DNA from: Pseudogymnoascus verrucosus | Taxonomy: Eukaryota | NCBI GenBank assembly: GCA_001662655.1 | Contig: KV460268.1 | Direction: 5' to 3' (one strand) | DNA length: 64,000 nt | In this document: positions 63,401 to 64,000 of the stretch, piece by piece | How positions within the stretch are numbered: the first letter of the stretch is position 1 | Layout of the letters: each line of letters starts with the position of its first letter | Made by a program: the position numbers and the translations under genes | Notes under the pieces: model-generated | Database searches by the model: none | What the model saw: the letters and a program-made list of their open reading frames with translations, nothing else | Told to the model about the DNA's origin: nothing

Positions 63401-64000
63401 GAAGCCTGGATGGAGCCCATGAACCGCTTCCTCGCCCAGAACCGCCAGACTGTAAAAGCATTCATCGACAACATCTGCTCCATCCCCGCCGACCGCACGC
63501 GCATCCCCCCACCAGCATCCTACTCCACGCCCCTCGCAATCCTCAAACGCCTCCCCATGACCTCCCGCGAAGGCTTCCCCTCCCTCCCCTACCTCATCGA
63601 CGAAGCGCGCACCTACGCCGCCCTGGTCCGCTTCTGGCTCGAATCCGTAGCGGGGGACACCGCGCGCGTCGCCGAGTTCTCCGGCGACCTCCTCGCCTTC
63701 CACAACGAGTGCGTCGCGCTCCAGAAGCGGGCAGATGAGTGTCTCCGCCGCGCCGAGGCGGAGGCGAAGGTCGAGGAGCCGCCGGAGCTGAAGTGGACTG
63801 ATATCTTGAGGAGTTTGGAACGCAGTAGTGCGCTGGATCAGAGGACGTTTACGGAGAATGATATTGTGCCCCATGCGGCGAATTCGTACCCGCTTGCGAC
63901 GCCGAGGGAGGCCGCGAGGTGGAATAGGAACGATGATGGTAGTATACCTGTGCCCGGGTCGGCGGGCTCGGAGACGGGGAGTAGAGAACGCAGAGAGCGT
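60488..64000 (+). CDS. BUD2: Bud2/Cla2-like C2 + RasGAP protein, 3' end beyond the window
   Basis: Long open frame from ATG 60488 (absent from the ORF track because no stop falls in the window). C2-like YFAEVVLDGEVRSRT..PFWREE, RasGAP LFRGNSLLTQALD and SGFLFLRFFCPSLLNPKLFG..TLIAKSLQVLANL..FGQKEAWM. Confidence 0.88.
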   Translation, partial: MDKAAQQHDGPAAGSTVPPLAPKLGANLILLQHEQEAGTASAASEAPPPQRRKDDSIRVVTPEPTHTPAGGTGAGAPDVDVASQASPRSIRGLEKPWERRRGLVFEDAFETGESGGLQHTTSNESDVDDVSNLPRTRPRNRTIDGAQQQRRPSGQLPLRRHRTGSTYSGLGSSDENIPKEDPKYLAHPSTAFRSAQSQRADSVKKKPPVAAGRLYRQSNASSRSGSPIPFPAYVDTLPVPIATRDAIKVLKLMNGLNGRMKGEVEYQTSGHGSWAGGVCYIDDKGTFLFEGTESGPNHQTIVPDLRGCRVKPPIEENEENILDVSIASGMRLRLRPLDTSQYEYWLAALLSWQQNQDGSSASSSEAGELRSVSRRPSFSQAKDINIIKVGRVYLWDKGTSQAAAGGRQRADRAWRQVSCILQDNGELKLMTENDVSLLATIQLSQLSRCGIQELDKTVLNQEYCVAILPQYTAAATSISIVSPVFISLESRVLFEVWYVLLRTFTVPDMYGSQISADGSDDPDSLVIPTPDDLFRIEKTLSIRTVEAKLRPTGKKPEQPVDGRRGHKAEPDPSVGDYFAEVVLDGEVRSRTTTKFGTNKPFWREESEFGGLPAALPEISIALKRMKSKPQPHPQVHGSKSSVSVHTPEIVWEVLCGIVHIRMDQLDRGKDVENWWPVLNEKKEAIGEMLIRVRHDELVVLLLKEYKALSDLLHKFTLGLTLQMSQYVPSKLRFLAETLLDVFQVSGQAQQWLVSLVEDEIDGISKETPVQRLRFSRRMGSNDSFDSVSDREVQLRDMNKSLTGEANLLFRGNSLLTQALDFHMRRLGKEYLEDLLGDKVREINAMNPDCEVDPSRVGASEDLSRNWATLNALTSDIWAHISASHNQCPAELRQILKYVRTVAEDRYGNFLRTAPYTSVSGFLFLRFFCPSLLNPKLFGLLRDHPHPRAQRTLTLIAKSLQVLANLSTFGQKEAWMEPMNRFLAQNRQTVKAFIDNICSIPADRTRIPPPASYSTPLAILKRLPMTSREGFPSLPYLIDEARTYAALVRFWLESVAGDTARVAEFSGDLLAFHNECVALQKRADECLRRAEAEAKVEEPPELKWTDILRSLERSSALDQRTFTENDIVPHAANSYPLATPREAARWNRNDDGSIPVPGSAGSETGSRERRER

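Overview
Gene-dense, intron-containing filamentous ascomycete DNA. Most introns are ~45-120 nt GT-AG introns; the overall style suggests a Leotiomycete such as Pseudogymnoascus (inference). About 29 protein-coding loci are visible and no rRNA, tRNA, CRISPR or intact transposon was recognised. Layout: (1) 0.5-8.4 kb, a three-gene sugar cluster (Zn2Cys6 TF, GH36 Sip1/raffinose-synthase-like enzyme, alpha-glucoside MFS permease). (2) 10.7-29.2 kb, mostly housekeeping genes (DUF3455, Slt2/MpkA MAPK, TrpRS, Ups1, Dpb2, FUSC-type exporter, claudin-like protein). (3) ~29.3-50.9 kb, an accessory island holding a PUL-like uronate-polysaccharide catabolic cluster: secreted fasciclin protein, GH27 with a DEGW motif, secreted alginate-lyase-domain protein, intracellular GH88, Zn2Cys6 TF, Dal5-family MFS and a disrupted beta-jelly-roll lyase. 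Three of its promoters share a CCG-RYACTTYCY-CCG motif. A frameshifted HeLo-like/NACHT/ankyrin NLR and a C2H2 gene follow. (4) 51-64 kb, housekeeping genes again (Abz2, Not3/5 with an unusually long structured 551-nt last intron, Dtd1, MrpL20, a hypothetical protein, and a Bud2-like RasGAP running off the window). All product calls come from manual motif recognition; no database search was run.
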